A stretch of DNA of 64,000 nucleotides from Chrysomallon squamiferum (lineage: Eukaryota; Animalia; Mollusca), in the NCBI GenBank assembly GCA_012295275.1, contig CM022669.1:5890001-5954000 (forward strand), in the 5' to 3' direction. A program made the position numbers and the translations under genes. Of the stretch, positions 1-22,735 are shown piece after piece; position 1 is the first letter of the stretch; the number at the start of each line of letters is the position of its first letter. Below the pieces are notes generated by a model. The model ran no database searches. It worked only from the letters and a program-made list of their open reading frames with translations, and was not told the DNA's origin.

Positions 1-396
1 CAAAGGAATCTGATGGGGGCGTCTGCTTTCGAAATATTTGATTTCAGTCCCGATGATGTATTGTACGAAACTCTGCCCTTGTACCATGCTGCCGGTCTGA
101 ACCTGGGAGTTTTAGGAACCATCTCAAAGGGTGAGTCACCAATTTTTTTAAAGATACATTTTGATACGGTTCAGGCGTTAAACACACAGAAAATGTCTGT
201 CTTGTTTTGTCCACATTAACTGAAAAGTTTGATCTGACGATACATCAAAGACATAAAATTATATTGCAGTTATTTTTTAAAAATTCTCTTCCATTTTCAA
301 TTAGATGCTATACCTTGCTGGTTGGTGTCTGTCCTCATTGTGGTCAGTGTAATGAAATAATAGCATTAGTCCAGAAATTAATTAAGTTGTTTTTCC

Positions 397-427
<31 letters not shown>

Positions 428-491
428 AACGTCTGTTTGTGTATGTGTGTATTTGCGTATAAGTACACAAACATAAATACAAATACAATTA

Positions 492-540
<49 letters not shown>

Positions 541-674
541 ACTGAAGTATCCTATGGAATCGGTAATGTAAATTAAACCATATTGAAAAAATTGTTCATC
601 TGATGCCCGTCTATCACCTTATTTCTCAGTTTTGTTGTCTGTCTCTTTAACTTTGTGTATGATCACTAATGCGT

Positions 675-713
<39 letters not shown>

Positions 714-3700
714 ATTGTAATGATTTGTTTCAGGCGCTACTGTGGTTCTGGGACGCAAGTTTTCTGTGGGCAAGTTTTGGTCTGACTGTAGGAAACACAA
801 CGTGACGGTCATTCAGTACATCGGAGAAATGTGTCGCTATCTTGTGAGCACGCCACAGGTAACACAGATTTTATGTCGACAGTAAACTGCGTTAAAGAGA
901 GACTCAATACGTTGCCGATAATCTACGAATACCAGCTTTGAAATATTGACGAGTTAATGCATAATGATATTAAATTGAAACGAAACGAAATACAAACAAT
1001 AGATAAATAAATAAATAAAATAAATAAATAAATAAGATACATATATATAAAATAAATAAAAACAAAAATATTTTCTTTTTTTGTTTTTCTTGCCTTCTTT
1101 ATTTATTTCATTCGTATTTTAACAGCATCCTCTAGACGGAGAACATAAAATTCGGGTTGCTGCTGGTAACGGACTGCGCGCTGACATCTGGACGCAGTTC
1201 CAGAATCGATTCAAGATTCCCGAAATTTACGAATTTTACGCATCTGTTGAAGGAAACACGAACTTCATCAACATCTTCAACAAAGTGGGCGTTGTGGGAA
1301 GGCTGTCGCCACTGCTGGTAAATCCATACTGTTTTTAACCACAAACACACGGTTATCCATTCCATTAATCACGAGAGCCAGTTAGTGTCACTATAAAATC
1401 AGATCTGTACTCTTTAATCAAAGGCAGTAGTAAAGAAGACGTCAAGGGAGTATATCTACTGAAAACTACGTCTGCATCAAGCACTTTAATTGTGACTATA
1501 GGCAAGCACTGAATCTGTCCAAACATCTGACACCCATCTTTCAGATAACTTTACGATAAAATCAGTTAAAAAATACCAGTCAAGTTAAACAGAAAGTATT
1601 CTTCCCTTGGAAGTTCCGCCCATACCTAAGTTTCTCCACTGGAAGGTGTGTATATATTTCTATTTTGTTTCCTGGCATTTTTTTTATGGCACTGACTGGA
1701 TTTCGTAGTTAACAGAGGTTTAATATCTGTACTTTCTACTGTAATTTATAATACAGAAGTTTGAACTATAAAGACAAACACTTTGAAATGTAATTTGAAA
1801 TCGGAATAATTTCAAGTACAATTTATAATTCATACATTTTTAGCTTTGATTTGTAATTTTGTACATGTTGGTATACAGTTTTTGTAAATAAGTATAGGTT
1901 CATCTTTTTATTGTAATATAAACAGCCTGAAGTGGTTAATAAAATAAAATAATGTTTGACATTAATTTGTACAGCTGCTATGATGTAAAACTTACAGTTT
2001 CAGCTGAAGTTTGTAACACGTACCTAATAATTTCGGCTTTAAAGACAGAATGTAAACTGTAATTTGCAATCTTTGTTACAGAGACGCTTGACGTTCAGTA
2101 CGCTGATAAAGTACGACTGCAGAACACAGCGAGCAGTTAGGGACTGCAATGGCAGGTGTGTTGAAGTTGGGCCCGGTAAGTTAAGCACGACTTTGTGGTT
2201 GTCACGTTTACCACGAGCTTCTCTAACTCTTTGTAACAAACCTAACTGTAAGAAAAAAAAAAAAAAAAAAAAAAATAATAATAATAATAAAATGTTCAGA
2301 AACAACTAACTTAAATTGCAGTTTTTCCTTTTCTTTTTGTCACTTTGTAAATAACTAACTGGGTATTCAGACTTTTTTTTCCTTTTTTGCATTGTTTATT
2401 TATCTTTTATGTATTTACCCTGGAATAAAATTTGTAATGACCATGTGCATAATGCCTAGCCGCCGCAACTGACAATCATTTCTTCATCACCATTATTATT
2501 ATTATTATTATTATTATTATGCCTGTTGCAGTTAATATTAGTCATCATCATCATGATCAACGTCATCGTCATCATCATCGTTGTGGTCATTGTTATCGTC
2601 ATCATCATTATTTCAGCATGATATATCAGTAGTAATATTAGTAGCAATAGGATTCATAGCTAATATTATACTCAGCAGTGTTTATTATTAGTTGTCACGT
2701 CAGTAATTTGATGTAATTTCTATTTCAGGACATGTCGGCCTTCTCATTTGCTCCATCACTCGCTTAACTCCATTCGCGGGTTACTACAAAAAACCGAAAG
2801 AAACGGAAAAGTGCATACTGAGAAATGTTTTCAAAGAAGGCGACGCGTACTTAAACTCTGGTGATTTGTTTTACGTAGACAGCGAATATTTCATTTACTT
2901 CCAGGACAGAATAGGTGACACGTTTAGGTGAGTTTGTTGTGATATCTTTACTACTGGTTACGCTTAATTATTTATTTATTTATTTTATTAAAATAAAGCT
3001 ATTTCCCGGCGAGCGATCGCAGCTATATCATTTTTGTTGAAACTTTTGATTTTTTCGCTGATACAACTGATGGCAGACTGGTTCGTAGAAATCTGGAAAT
3101 ATCCAAAGAATTTTTCTTCATTGGAATGTTCCATACATGATGATACTCATCCATATTTGACATCGCTGTCACCAAAATAAATTGTTCTTGCCTTTCCTGC
3201 GGTTTTTATTTATTATTAACATTACGGTAACGCACAGAAAACTAATTTGTTTTTGTATCTCAACAGATGGAAAGGAGAGAACGTATCTACGTCAGAGGTC
3301 GCCAATGTCATGTCTGAGATTGGCTTCATTCATGACGTGAACGTGTACGGGGTTAACGTGCCAGGTTTGTTTTGTTATTTTTGTGTGAAACTGATGTATT
3401 AAACTCACTCTATGATACCTCGTTATTCAGATTTTAAACTAGAACTGCATTGAAGTGAAACAACGTATTTATTTTATTAATAAAATCAAATGAATATATA
3501 CTAGTTATAAAACTTCGCCTCTCTCTCTCTCTCACACACACGAGAAAATTAGTATTATTATTATTATTATTATCTTTGCTATTTTAACTGTGCTATTTCC
3601 AAACTTGTCAATTCCGGATTAATCTGTTAAAAGTAAAACGTAGGCCTACAATTTCATTTCAGGTTGCGAAGGAAAAGCTGGAATGGCGGCTGTTTGTCTG

Positions 3701-3979
3701 AAAGATGGCGAGGAAATTGACGACCGGAAAATGGAAGAAATTAATGAATGTGTGCATGACAAGTTGCCTGGTTACGCACGACCTAGATTCTTGCGCGTGA
3801 TGCGTCAGATGAGTTTAACAAGCACTTACAAACAAGTCAAAATGGATCTTGCTGAGGAATCGTTTAATCCTGAGAAAGTTCAAGAACCTCTGTATTATTA
3901 CGACTCAAAAAATAGTTCCTACAAACCTCTTGTGGATACTGTTTATGAAAATATTGTGGCTTGCAAAATGTCTGTTTAA
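1..3979 (+). CDS. Long-chain fatty acid transport protein / very-long-chain acyl-CoA synthetase (SLC27A/FATP family), 5'-truncated by the window edge
   Basis: Phase-consistent GT-AG exons 1-130, 734-858, 1126-1317, 2082-2175, 2729-2927, 3267-3364, 3663-3979. Motifs [83 protein letters not shown]. Paralog identity not determined. Confidence 0.95.
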
Positions 3980-4087
3980 AAACGACTTGCCGAAATGCAC
4001 AATACAAGCTGATGGATATATTTCGAGTCATTTTCGGCTAGTTTATATCATAACAAACGTTTTTCATGTTGTGTGTTTTAAATTATC

Positions 4088-4127
<40 letters not shown>

Positions 4128-4311
4128 TTTATTATTACACATAGTTATTTCTTTATTTCATTCTTTCATTCTTTATTTATTCTTTTATTTATTTTTTCTA
4201 AACTTTAATGACGTAATAGGGCTTGGAGAAAAGCTTAACATATTATATGGATTATAAGTTCAGTATTTCTTTATTATAGCTATATATTGCTAATCCATTT
4301 GTTTACCTGGA

Positions 4312-4366
<55 letters not shown>

Positions 4367-4565
4367 TTTTCATTATCAGTTTCTTTTTATGACTGATTAT
4401 TTATTTCTTTTAAAAATGTCGCTTTAGCTTTAATGACGCAATAAATAAAACAATTATACAAAATGTTAGAGTTTATGTTTTTAATGCAAATTCTCATCAC
4501 AGAAATTATTTATTTCAAATCCATACAAATAAATGTTATTTGAATCAGTTGGTAGAAACACAGGC

Positions 4566-4602
<37 letters not shown>

Positions 4603-5885
4603 GTACTAATACACAAACAACAACAGCAACAACCCACAAAAAATATATTTATTCGTAACATGACACAAAATATATTTATTCTCATTACCTTTTTCTTTCT
4701 TTCTTTTCTTTTTCTTATTCCATTTTTAAGTTGATCTTTTCAGTAAAAACCGGTTTATACACATCGTATGAACATATGAAAACGGACAAAATCTGTCTTA
4801 AAGCTGTATCTACGTTAGTGGCTTAAGTTTTTGTTGTAAAATTGTTTCAAAATATGAATTCGTAAATAACATTGAATATAAAATTCAATTATTAATATTA
4901 AAATTATTAAATTATTATTATTATTATCTATTTATTTATTTATTTATTTATGGTTTTTTGGTTTTTTGTTTTTTTTTTTTTTTGTCACATTGTTTTGTAC
5001 CCACTATAAAGAATTATAATATTACAGAAGTCCGAAAAACTCTGCGATGCTCCAAAATAAGGTCGTTTTTACTGAAGTATAATTGCAAATGACGGATCGG
5101 ATGAAGTTTTGTTAGCGCCAAGTTTGAGGAAATTTTCAAAAGAAATTATCTTTAAAATTTAAATTAAACATCAAACTTAATTGAATTCTTCTGCTTGTTT
5201 TCGAAATGATCAGATAATATATAAAATATAACTATCTTGATTCAGGTAAGTAATGAAAATGATTGAATTATCATTGTGTACTGAACAACTAGTTATGTGA
5301 CTTCAAAGGCGTCTGCGCTGCATGGAAAGTTCGCCCGATTGCAAAATCGTTTTCCTTGAAGGGGTTTCCCTCCTTCGATCCTGTTTCCTTATTATTATTT
5401 TTTTTTTTTTGTATTTTCCAAAACAACAGATAACCAACCTGACGTATAGTACATATATTCAGATTGATCTTGAAGAACTTCGTATTCGTTTCTTGACGTG
5501 ATCAATCGTTCATAAATTATTTGATAAACTGCGAAGAATCAACAGACAAATTTGCCGTTTCAAAATGATTGTCATGTGAATTATTCTTATTCGGGACTAT
5601 AATCAGATACAAGCTGCAGATTATACCTTTCTGTCATAGTCTGCCAAATTTCATACAAATCTGTGAGGTAGCGTGTACTTAATTTGAAGTATCAGGATGT
5701 ACGGTGACCTCAACAAACGACACGTGGCCATAGCTTTTGTTGTTGCTGCCGATGTCTGAGATGTTCGATGATTACGAAGAAATTACATATTAAAAAACTT
5801 CGATTTTTGTTAACTTTATATCAGATCTGTATAATGAAGGCATAAGTCAGATTAACGCTTATTAATGTTATTAATTAATTAATTA

Positions 5886-5924
<39 letters not shown>

Positions 5925-6687
5925 AATGTTAGCAAAATGTTTGAAAAAGGTATAGGCCTCTACACTTCAACAAAAGATTCATCTTGAAAAATAATATTTT
6001 TGCATAGTTGTTTAATTATTGTGGAGTTTTGAGGCAGGTAATTATGGCACAAGGTAAATTTGAGCTAATTTGTGCAATTAATTAATTCAAATTTATGTGT
6101 TTGCAACATGCTTAAAGATAAAACTGTATAATCTGAAAAACTCACCAAAAGCTTCATTTTGATGTAATAATACTTGTATAATGGTTTGAAACTATTTGAT
6201 ATCAGATGTTTAGTGTTTATTTTGCCAAATGACTGAAATGAATCAGTTTCTTCAGATTATGAAGAAATCATACCAGCTAAATTTTATTCTGATAAAAATT
6301 TGTAACTTCTTTCATATCAGTGCTAACAAAGAGATTTTAGTCTCATTTTCGTCTGCTATATTTAATTTTTAAAACAACTTTTGTTTTGTTTTGATATAAT
6401 ATATAATTTTGTAGGAAAATCATATTTTTTAGACTTTAGCCACATACCAAGTAAGCAAGTAGTGTATGATTAGTGTTTTGAAATATACACTTTTACAATT
6501 TTTCGATTTTCTTAACATCATTCATTAAAAAAAAAAAAAAAAAAAATTTTTTTTTGTTTTTTAATGATAATTCAGATATATTGAATTTTAGCTTTAATGT
6601 AAGGTGGAATGACAAACTTATGCAAGCTCAAATGTAAGTCTGTAACATTAAATAAATAAATAAATAAATAAATATACAAAAATAGCA

Positions 6688-6730
<43 letters not shown>

Positions 6731-6808
6731 ATAATATATATAAATTCATTGTCTATATTTTGACCATTCAGAACAACTTATTTGTGACTGTGGAAAGTCT
6801 TACAGAAA

Positions 6809-8964
6809 ATGGAAAAGCTGACAAGTTTTGAGGTGGCACCATTCTTTGGTCTAATGAACATGCTGAAGGCAAATTACCTTGAGAAACCCGAAATTTTTAA
6901 AATGATTCTGGCATTACTAACAGACTACACCAGTACAGAAGAGATTTCATTGGACATGGTTTGTTTCAGGATTTTTAAAATTTTATTTTACTTTTTATTT
7001 ATTTATTTATATAAATTTATTCATTTATTCACTTATTTTACTGTTTTAATTTATTATAATGATTTTGTAAAAACAATGTTTGATAAAAATACACTTTTGA
7101 AAGACTGCTTTTAAATTTTATATTTAATACTTTTAAAAATTATAATTTTGTTTTTTGTGAAAATGTCATTCATATATGAAATTTTAATTGATGATGAACA
7201 AAATTAATAAAATGTCCTAATTTTATATAAAATAATGTATTCAGAAATATTCACAAAAACATTACTTCTCTGTCATCATGGAAATAATAAATATTTGGAC
7301 TTTTATTATTTATTTACTAATATTTTAAACACTTTTAATTTAGTAACTTTTATATTTTTTTAAAAATTGCAATCAAATACAGGTAAGCCGTTACTTACGT
7401 ATCTTGTTGTCTAAAAATGCTGATCTGGCCGAATGTTTGATAACTTTCCTGCAACCATCTACTGTGAGCAGCAAGTCATGTCTTGTTTCAGAAGCCAGGT
7501 AAAAATAATGAAAAAATATATTCAAAAACATGGTGATTGCTTAGTTATTTTTAAAAGTATCTTCCACTTTAAATGAAAAAGAACTATTTGCACTGTTACA
7601 TCACAAAAGTGTTTAAAACTAACTTTGTAAGAATGAATAACAAAACATTTTTAAATATATACAATACAAAAACTTCAGAACAGTCAAACAATTACTTTTC
7701 CAGTAGCCAATATGGTAAAATATAGAGAGCCAAAAACAATTCCTCCAGATTTTTCCATATAAAAATTAAAAAACATTCCTGCATCTTGATTTTATTTTTA
7801 AAATTTCTTTTAATATATATTTTTTTAATTATCAGTACAAGTACAGAGAAGGATACAAAACAAGAGCAGAGCCAAACAGTTAAAAAACCAGCATCTGAAC
7901 AGTATACTCCCAACTTAACACAAAGCAAATTAAAACAGAGTCCAGTTTCTGCTTTCATTAGACCTGCTAAGCTGCCTGCAACTGCATCTAGTGCTACAAG
8001 CACAGTAGCTACTCTGTACCCCACCCTGAGGTCCTCCCTCGTCAGGGGAACAGTCAACAGAACAGCAATCCCTGCCCAGTTTTCTCCATTTTTGTATCAA
8101 GGTTATTTTCCTATGATGGGGGCTCCTGTGGCTTGGATGACACACCCAGCTGGTTACCTGCAGTCCATGGCAGGCACTGAAGAGGCATTGGATCTGACTA
8201 AGCATAACAGCCCTCCTGCATCTGGTACTACTGATCAGTCAGACAGCAAAGAGATAGATCATCCAAAGACAAAAACATCAGATGACAGCATTTCAGAAGA
8301 AAAATCTGTACAGAAAAATTCACACGGTTTGGAGGATCAAGCTTGTGGCGATAACTTCCCAGTTGTTTTCCCCAGCAGCATCAACAGCAGTTTCAATCCA
8401 TCTTTGGTAACAAGTCCTGCAGAGTATGCCAGAGTTATTTACCAAAACCAGTCCCAGAATCTTGGATCAGGAGGAATACCATACAGAATAGTTGACAATG
8501 CTACTGAGGTGTATCTTGGAACAGCCAGGAACCTGACATCTTTTCCTTATTTTCAACGCATGATTCTTCCAGATGGCCAGATGAAAACCATTGCATTTGA
8601 CAGTGACCTATCACATCAGCTTCAGAGTAACCAACCAGAGGCATCATTGGAACAAGCTCATTATCCACAACCAAGAGAAAGATCAGCTCCTACAGTAGCC
8701 AAGATTAAACCAAAACCAGTTCCTGAATCCTCTACCTCTTCCACACCACCAGCAACTTCTTCCTCATCATCAACTTGTGCAGTGTTGACAAGAGCAGCTC
8801 ACAACCTGGAGGCCAAATCAAATCAGAACAAAGTAAGGAAACGTCCTATTAGAACTGTAGTTCAGATTGGACTCAAGGACAAAGGTAAAGAAACATTCCA
8901 AGTCTACAGGTACTTATGGGAACGAGTAGGTCAACAACTGATGTCACCTGAAGCCAAATACTGA
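6809..8964 (+). CDS. Uncharacterised ~464-aa protein: N-terminal PAH-like helical domain, long S/T/P/Q-rich region, ALDLT motif, basic C-terminal segment
   Basis: Exons 6809-6958 (aaaATGG; in-frame upstream TGA 6785-6787), 7383-7498, 7836-8964 join in frame (150+116+1129 nt). Candidate non-coding first exon ending at donor CAG|GTAAGT 5245, acceptor 6771; AATAAA at ~9777. Confidence 0.8.
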
Positions 8965-10429
8965 TAAGCGAAAAAAAAAAAAAAAAGACTCATAAAGAAA
9001 CTTTATTTAATCATAAAACTGATTGTATTTCATTAAAAAACATCCAGATGTATGAATCAGCAACTTTTAAAAGAAGCATACCAGTTTAAATAAGTACTGA
9101 CCACAGGCATTTGAATGCATTCTTACATTTGTACACTAGCAAAATTTGTTTTAAAGGTTAAAGAATCTTTATAATTAAAAAATAATACAGAAAAAGAGAC
9201 AAAACCTTCTGTTAGTTGTAATCCTTTCCCCTACAGACCTCAGAAAACAAATGACTATAAGGAAGGTCATTTATAAGCACGACTTCACTCGGATATCCCC
9301 ATATGGATTATCAGTGCAATATGGGAGATACACAATGAAATAACTAATTATGTCATATCTATAATGAAATGTTTTAAATAGTGAATATTTTCTATTTGGG
9401 AACATTGGCCTCTAGAATTTTGACAAAGTGATTTTCCATTTTCAGTGTTATTTTTCATTATGAACATATTAAAACATTTAAATATTTGTGCTTCAGGCAC
9501 CAGCAAGTACAAAGCAAGTTTTGTAACACAGATGTGTGAAAAATATTTTGCTTGTATATTATGTATAATATTGGTTATAAAACTATGAGTTTAATTTTTC
9601 TTTTATCTGGCAACATGCTGTTGTCCCAGTTACTCTGTGAATTTTGTTTTAATTTTGAAGAGATTTTTGAATGTTTATATTTACTGCTCTGTGACTTTTC
9701 ATTATCTTAGTAATTTCTTAATTATCATAATTTTTTAAAAGTTGTTTTTTTAAGATTCATGTAAATAGTTTGTTTGAATAAAGAATTTTTGAACATTGTA
9801 TTTTGTTTCTTCAATTATTTTCTAGAGAAAAAAAAACAGCAGAAAGATAAATAATTTTATTTTGACATTTTTTATGAGATACATTTATAATTTATATACA
9901 TTCGACTAGACAAATTTCAAAAAACAAAGACATGACACAGAACTGCTCTCATACTTCTTGGCCCAGTGGTAAGATCTATATGATTTTATTTTCTCTTCTC
10001 AAAAATATAATATTTTTTATTTTACTTCCCAATACTAATAAAATAAATTTTTAAATTTGTAATGGTTATCATTTCACAAACATAATCTTCATAGTTTATT
10101 TATCGTTGGTCCAAAATTTTAATCAAATTAAAAACGTATAAACAAAATAAATAAGAAAAAAAAAAAGAAAGATATATACATTATATGTATATATGTAGGT
10201 ATATATTTTCAAATGAACACTAATTATGTCTCCTAAACCCATCCATTATACAATGTGTATATTATGTATATGTAAACAGACACACACACACATGCATATG
10301 TAGATGTAGATGTAGATGTAGATGTATGTGTGGGTGTATTAAAAAGTCTTTGGTAAAGATGGTAAGTTGTAACATCAGATTTGGGCATGCGATCTCATGA
10401 ATTTGTTGCATGCTATATTATAATGTTTG

Positions 10430-19806
<9,377 letters not shown>

Positions 19807-20960
19807 TATCTTTCTTCTCTCTCACTGTTTTTTTTTTTTTTTTTTTTTTTTTTAACTTTTAGAAAATTTCTTAATTAGTAATAAAAAATAAAAACCGGTT
19901 TCAAAAGTAAATAAATACTGATATGAAGATTGTCATTTGTTCATGTTCTCTTCGCTGCTATGTTCACAAACAATTTTATAAAATAAGAATAATAAATTAA
20001 CATTGTTATTAAAACTAAAAGTTATTTTTTGACAGTAAAAGAGATAACCCTCTGAATTACTTGTATAGACTGATGTAATGTTTTTTCTATACAGTTAGAA
20101 CAAAAACCAGCGGAACGAGAAAAGAAACATGGTTCATTTTACACTGTGGCAATAGTCTCGTTCAGATTATAACTCTTAACAGAATAGTTTCGATAGAGTG
20201 AAAGGGTCAAACTAAATATATCAGTTTGCCTCAATGCTTCAAAGATTACAGTTTTGTTTCATATTTTCGATAAGGTCAATGTTCCAGAAAAGTAAACAAC
20301 ACAAATCATGAAATAATTGATTAGAAAAAAGAAATGATTAGATCGCAATCATTCTGACAAATTATTATTTATTTTTCTTATTATCTTAAGTTTTTATGAA
20401 AAATTCATTACTATTTCAATAGCATATTAACAGTAAAAAATGTATTTGTATTTTCATTTCAGTATTAACATTATAAAATTAAAACATATAACTTTTTATA
20501 CTTCAAAACTGTTATTAAAAGTAATATATTATTCTTAAGTAATGAATTTGATTTATAATTCATAAAACAAGTGTAAATGACATGATTTGAATGCTGGTTC
20601 TTCATGATAATCTGTTGTTCATTATATAAATTAAAAATGTCTGCGCCCATCGAAATGGACAGGCATGATATAAACAAATTTTTATTGTATTTCCATTTAA
20701 TACCACATAATAAAAAAATTAGTTTATCTTTCAAGATTTTCTGATCATGTAATGAAGTTTGGGTGGATGTAAACCACCGTTTCCGCGAAACTGAACGTTA
20801 ATCTTGTTAAACATCTTACTTAAACTTGGTTTAATTAATAAACTAGTGACTGGACTTTGAGTTTGAACATTTTATTTGAATATTTTGTTCAGTAAATTTT
20901 TAATTTTTAAAAATTATTTCGAGAGTAATTTACTGATTCCTTGAGTGCGAAGTGTTGACA
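19807..20960. promoter_or_regulatory. Probable bidirectional promoter / 5' UTR region between SLC30A5 and IPO11
   Basis: Divergent ATGs 1.15 kb apart; E2F-like TTTCCGCGAAA at 20780-20790; MRE-core-like TGCGCCC at 20642-20648. TSSs not located. Confidence 0.55.
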
Positions 20961-21298
20961 ATGGATCCAAGTACAGCAGGTCCGATTGTACTTGAAACAT
21001 TATCAAAAGCGTGTAGCCAACAAGCCGATATTCTTAAGCCAGCCGAACAGCAACTTCATCACTGGGAAACCCAGCCTGGTTTTTATTCTATTTTAGCTGT
21101 AAGTAATAATGAATATTTACGTTAACATTTGATGTTAAAATGTAAAATAAATTTTTGAAATTATATTTAAAGAAATTACAAATTAAAATATCAGTAAGTA
21201 ATATTATTTAATAAATAAATATTAAAATATTATCATTAGTAATCGTCCTCTTAAGTTATCCTATTTATGGTCTGGAATGCATAAACTAAAACTAAAAC

Positions 21299-21341
<43 letters not shown>

Positions 21342-21914
21342 TTTATATTTTTATCTAGGTCTTATTATATGTTAATAATATCTATACATCATTAATATTC
21401 AGTTATATATGCATTATTTGTCACAGTTTAATCTCATTAATGATTTAACAGTTAGGTCTTTTTTGTTTAAATTGTTACACATTGTTCTATAGTACACAAC
21501 GCACGTACATCCATCCACGCCCCCTCAGACACACATACATTTATACTGAACACTGTTAATGTGCTACAACTTTTCATTTTGCAAATTTGTTTTTATTTTC
21601 AGACAATTTTTTGTAAACATGAAATTGATGTTAATGTCCGATGGCTTGCTGCACTCTATTGTAAAAATGGAGTTGAACGATACTGGAGAAAAACTGCACC
21701 AAAGTAAATATACATCAAATTTAAATTTATTTGTCTTTGTGTGTATATGTGTACAGCTGCATATGTGTAAAAATATTGTAATTTTTTTCTTTTAAGGATA
21801 TAAATTATAGTCATATATAATTATTAATGAAGTTAAAAGAATTATTATAATTTTATTTTATTTTATTTTATTTTATTTTATTTTATTTTATTTTATTTTA
21901 TTAATTAGTATATT

Positions 21915-21974
<60 letters not shown>

Positions 21975-22692
21975 TTTAGTGCAATGTCTGAAGAAGAGAG
22001 GAATGCAATTCGAAAACAGCTGTTGTCAAACTTCAGTGAACCAGTTCCTCAGGTTTTCTATAAAATATCTTCCGATTTGTTTTCACATAGCTAATATTAG
22101 TGCAAACTTCAGATTATGTCCTCATTATATAAGTACATTTTACCATCATATGAGAGTTAAATGTAACTGATAAGTGTAATAATAATTACACCACTGCATT
22201 TTCTCACACATATTTAGATAGTAATAAACGTTATTGAAAAATGAATCTTGTAACATTTGGATTGTGATGCTTATTTTCTGTCTGTTACGTCTTTAGGTTG
22301 CCCTCCAGGTGGCAGTGCTGGTGGCCAAAGTGGCCCGGGTGGACTGTCCACGCCACTGGCCGGAGTTGATACCCACGATGCTGGAGGCTGTGCGATGTGA
22401 CAATCAGCTGATACAAGAGCGAGCACTGCTTGTCTTGCACCACGTGACAAAAACTTTGGCTTCCAGGCGGCTTCCGTCAGACAAGAAAGTCTTTGAAAAT
22501 GTAAGAGAAAAATAAAATATGATTTGTGTAGATTGCTGAACGTTCTTTCAGAATGTGTGACATTATTAGCTAGTTATTGACTGAAAATGAGTTTAAGGTA
22601 TGATGTTTGATTACTGAGTTTGAGAAATATTAAAGCTGTGGTAAGTGATGTTTTGATCTGAGAGGAGCATTTAAATTATCTCCTACCAATTA

Positions 22693-22735
<43 letters not shown>

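Noticed and set aside
5290-5800. GC/CpG-richer stretch in the first intron of the orphan gene, possibly a transposon relic
   Set aside because: No termini, target-site duplication or ORF identified; could simply be promoter-proximal sequence.
22600-22661. Possible box C/D snoRNA (TGATG..CTGA..TGATG..CTGA) in an IPO11 intron
   Set aside because: Imperfect C boxes, no terminal stem or recognisable guide; looks like a short internal duplication.
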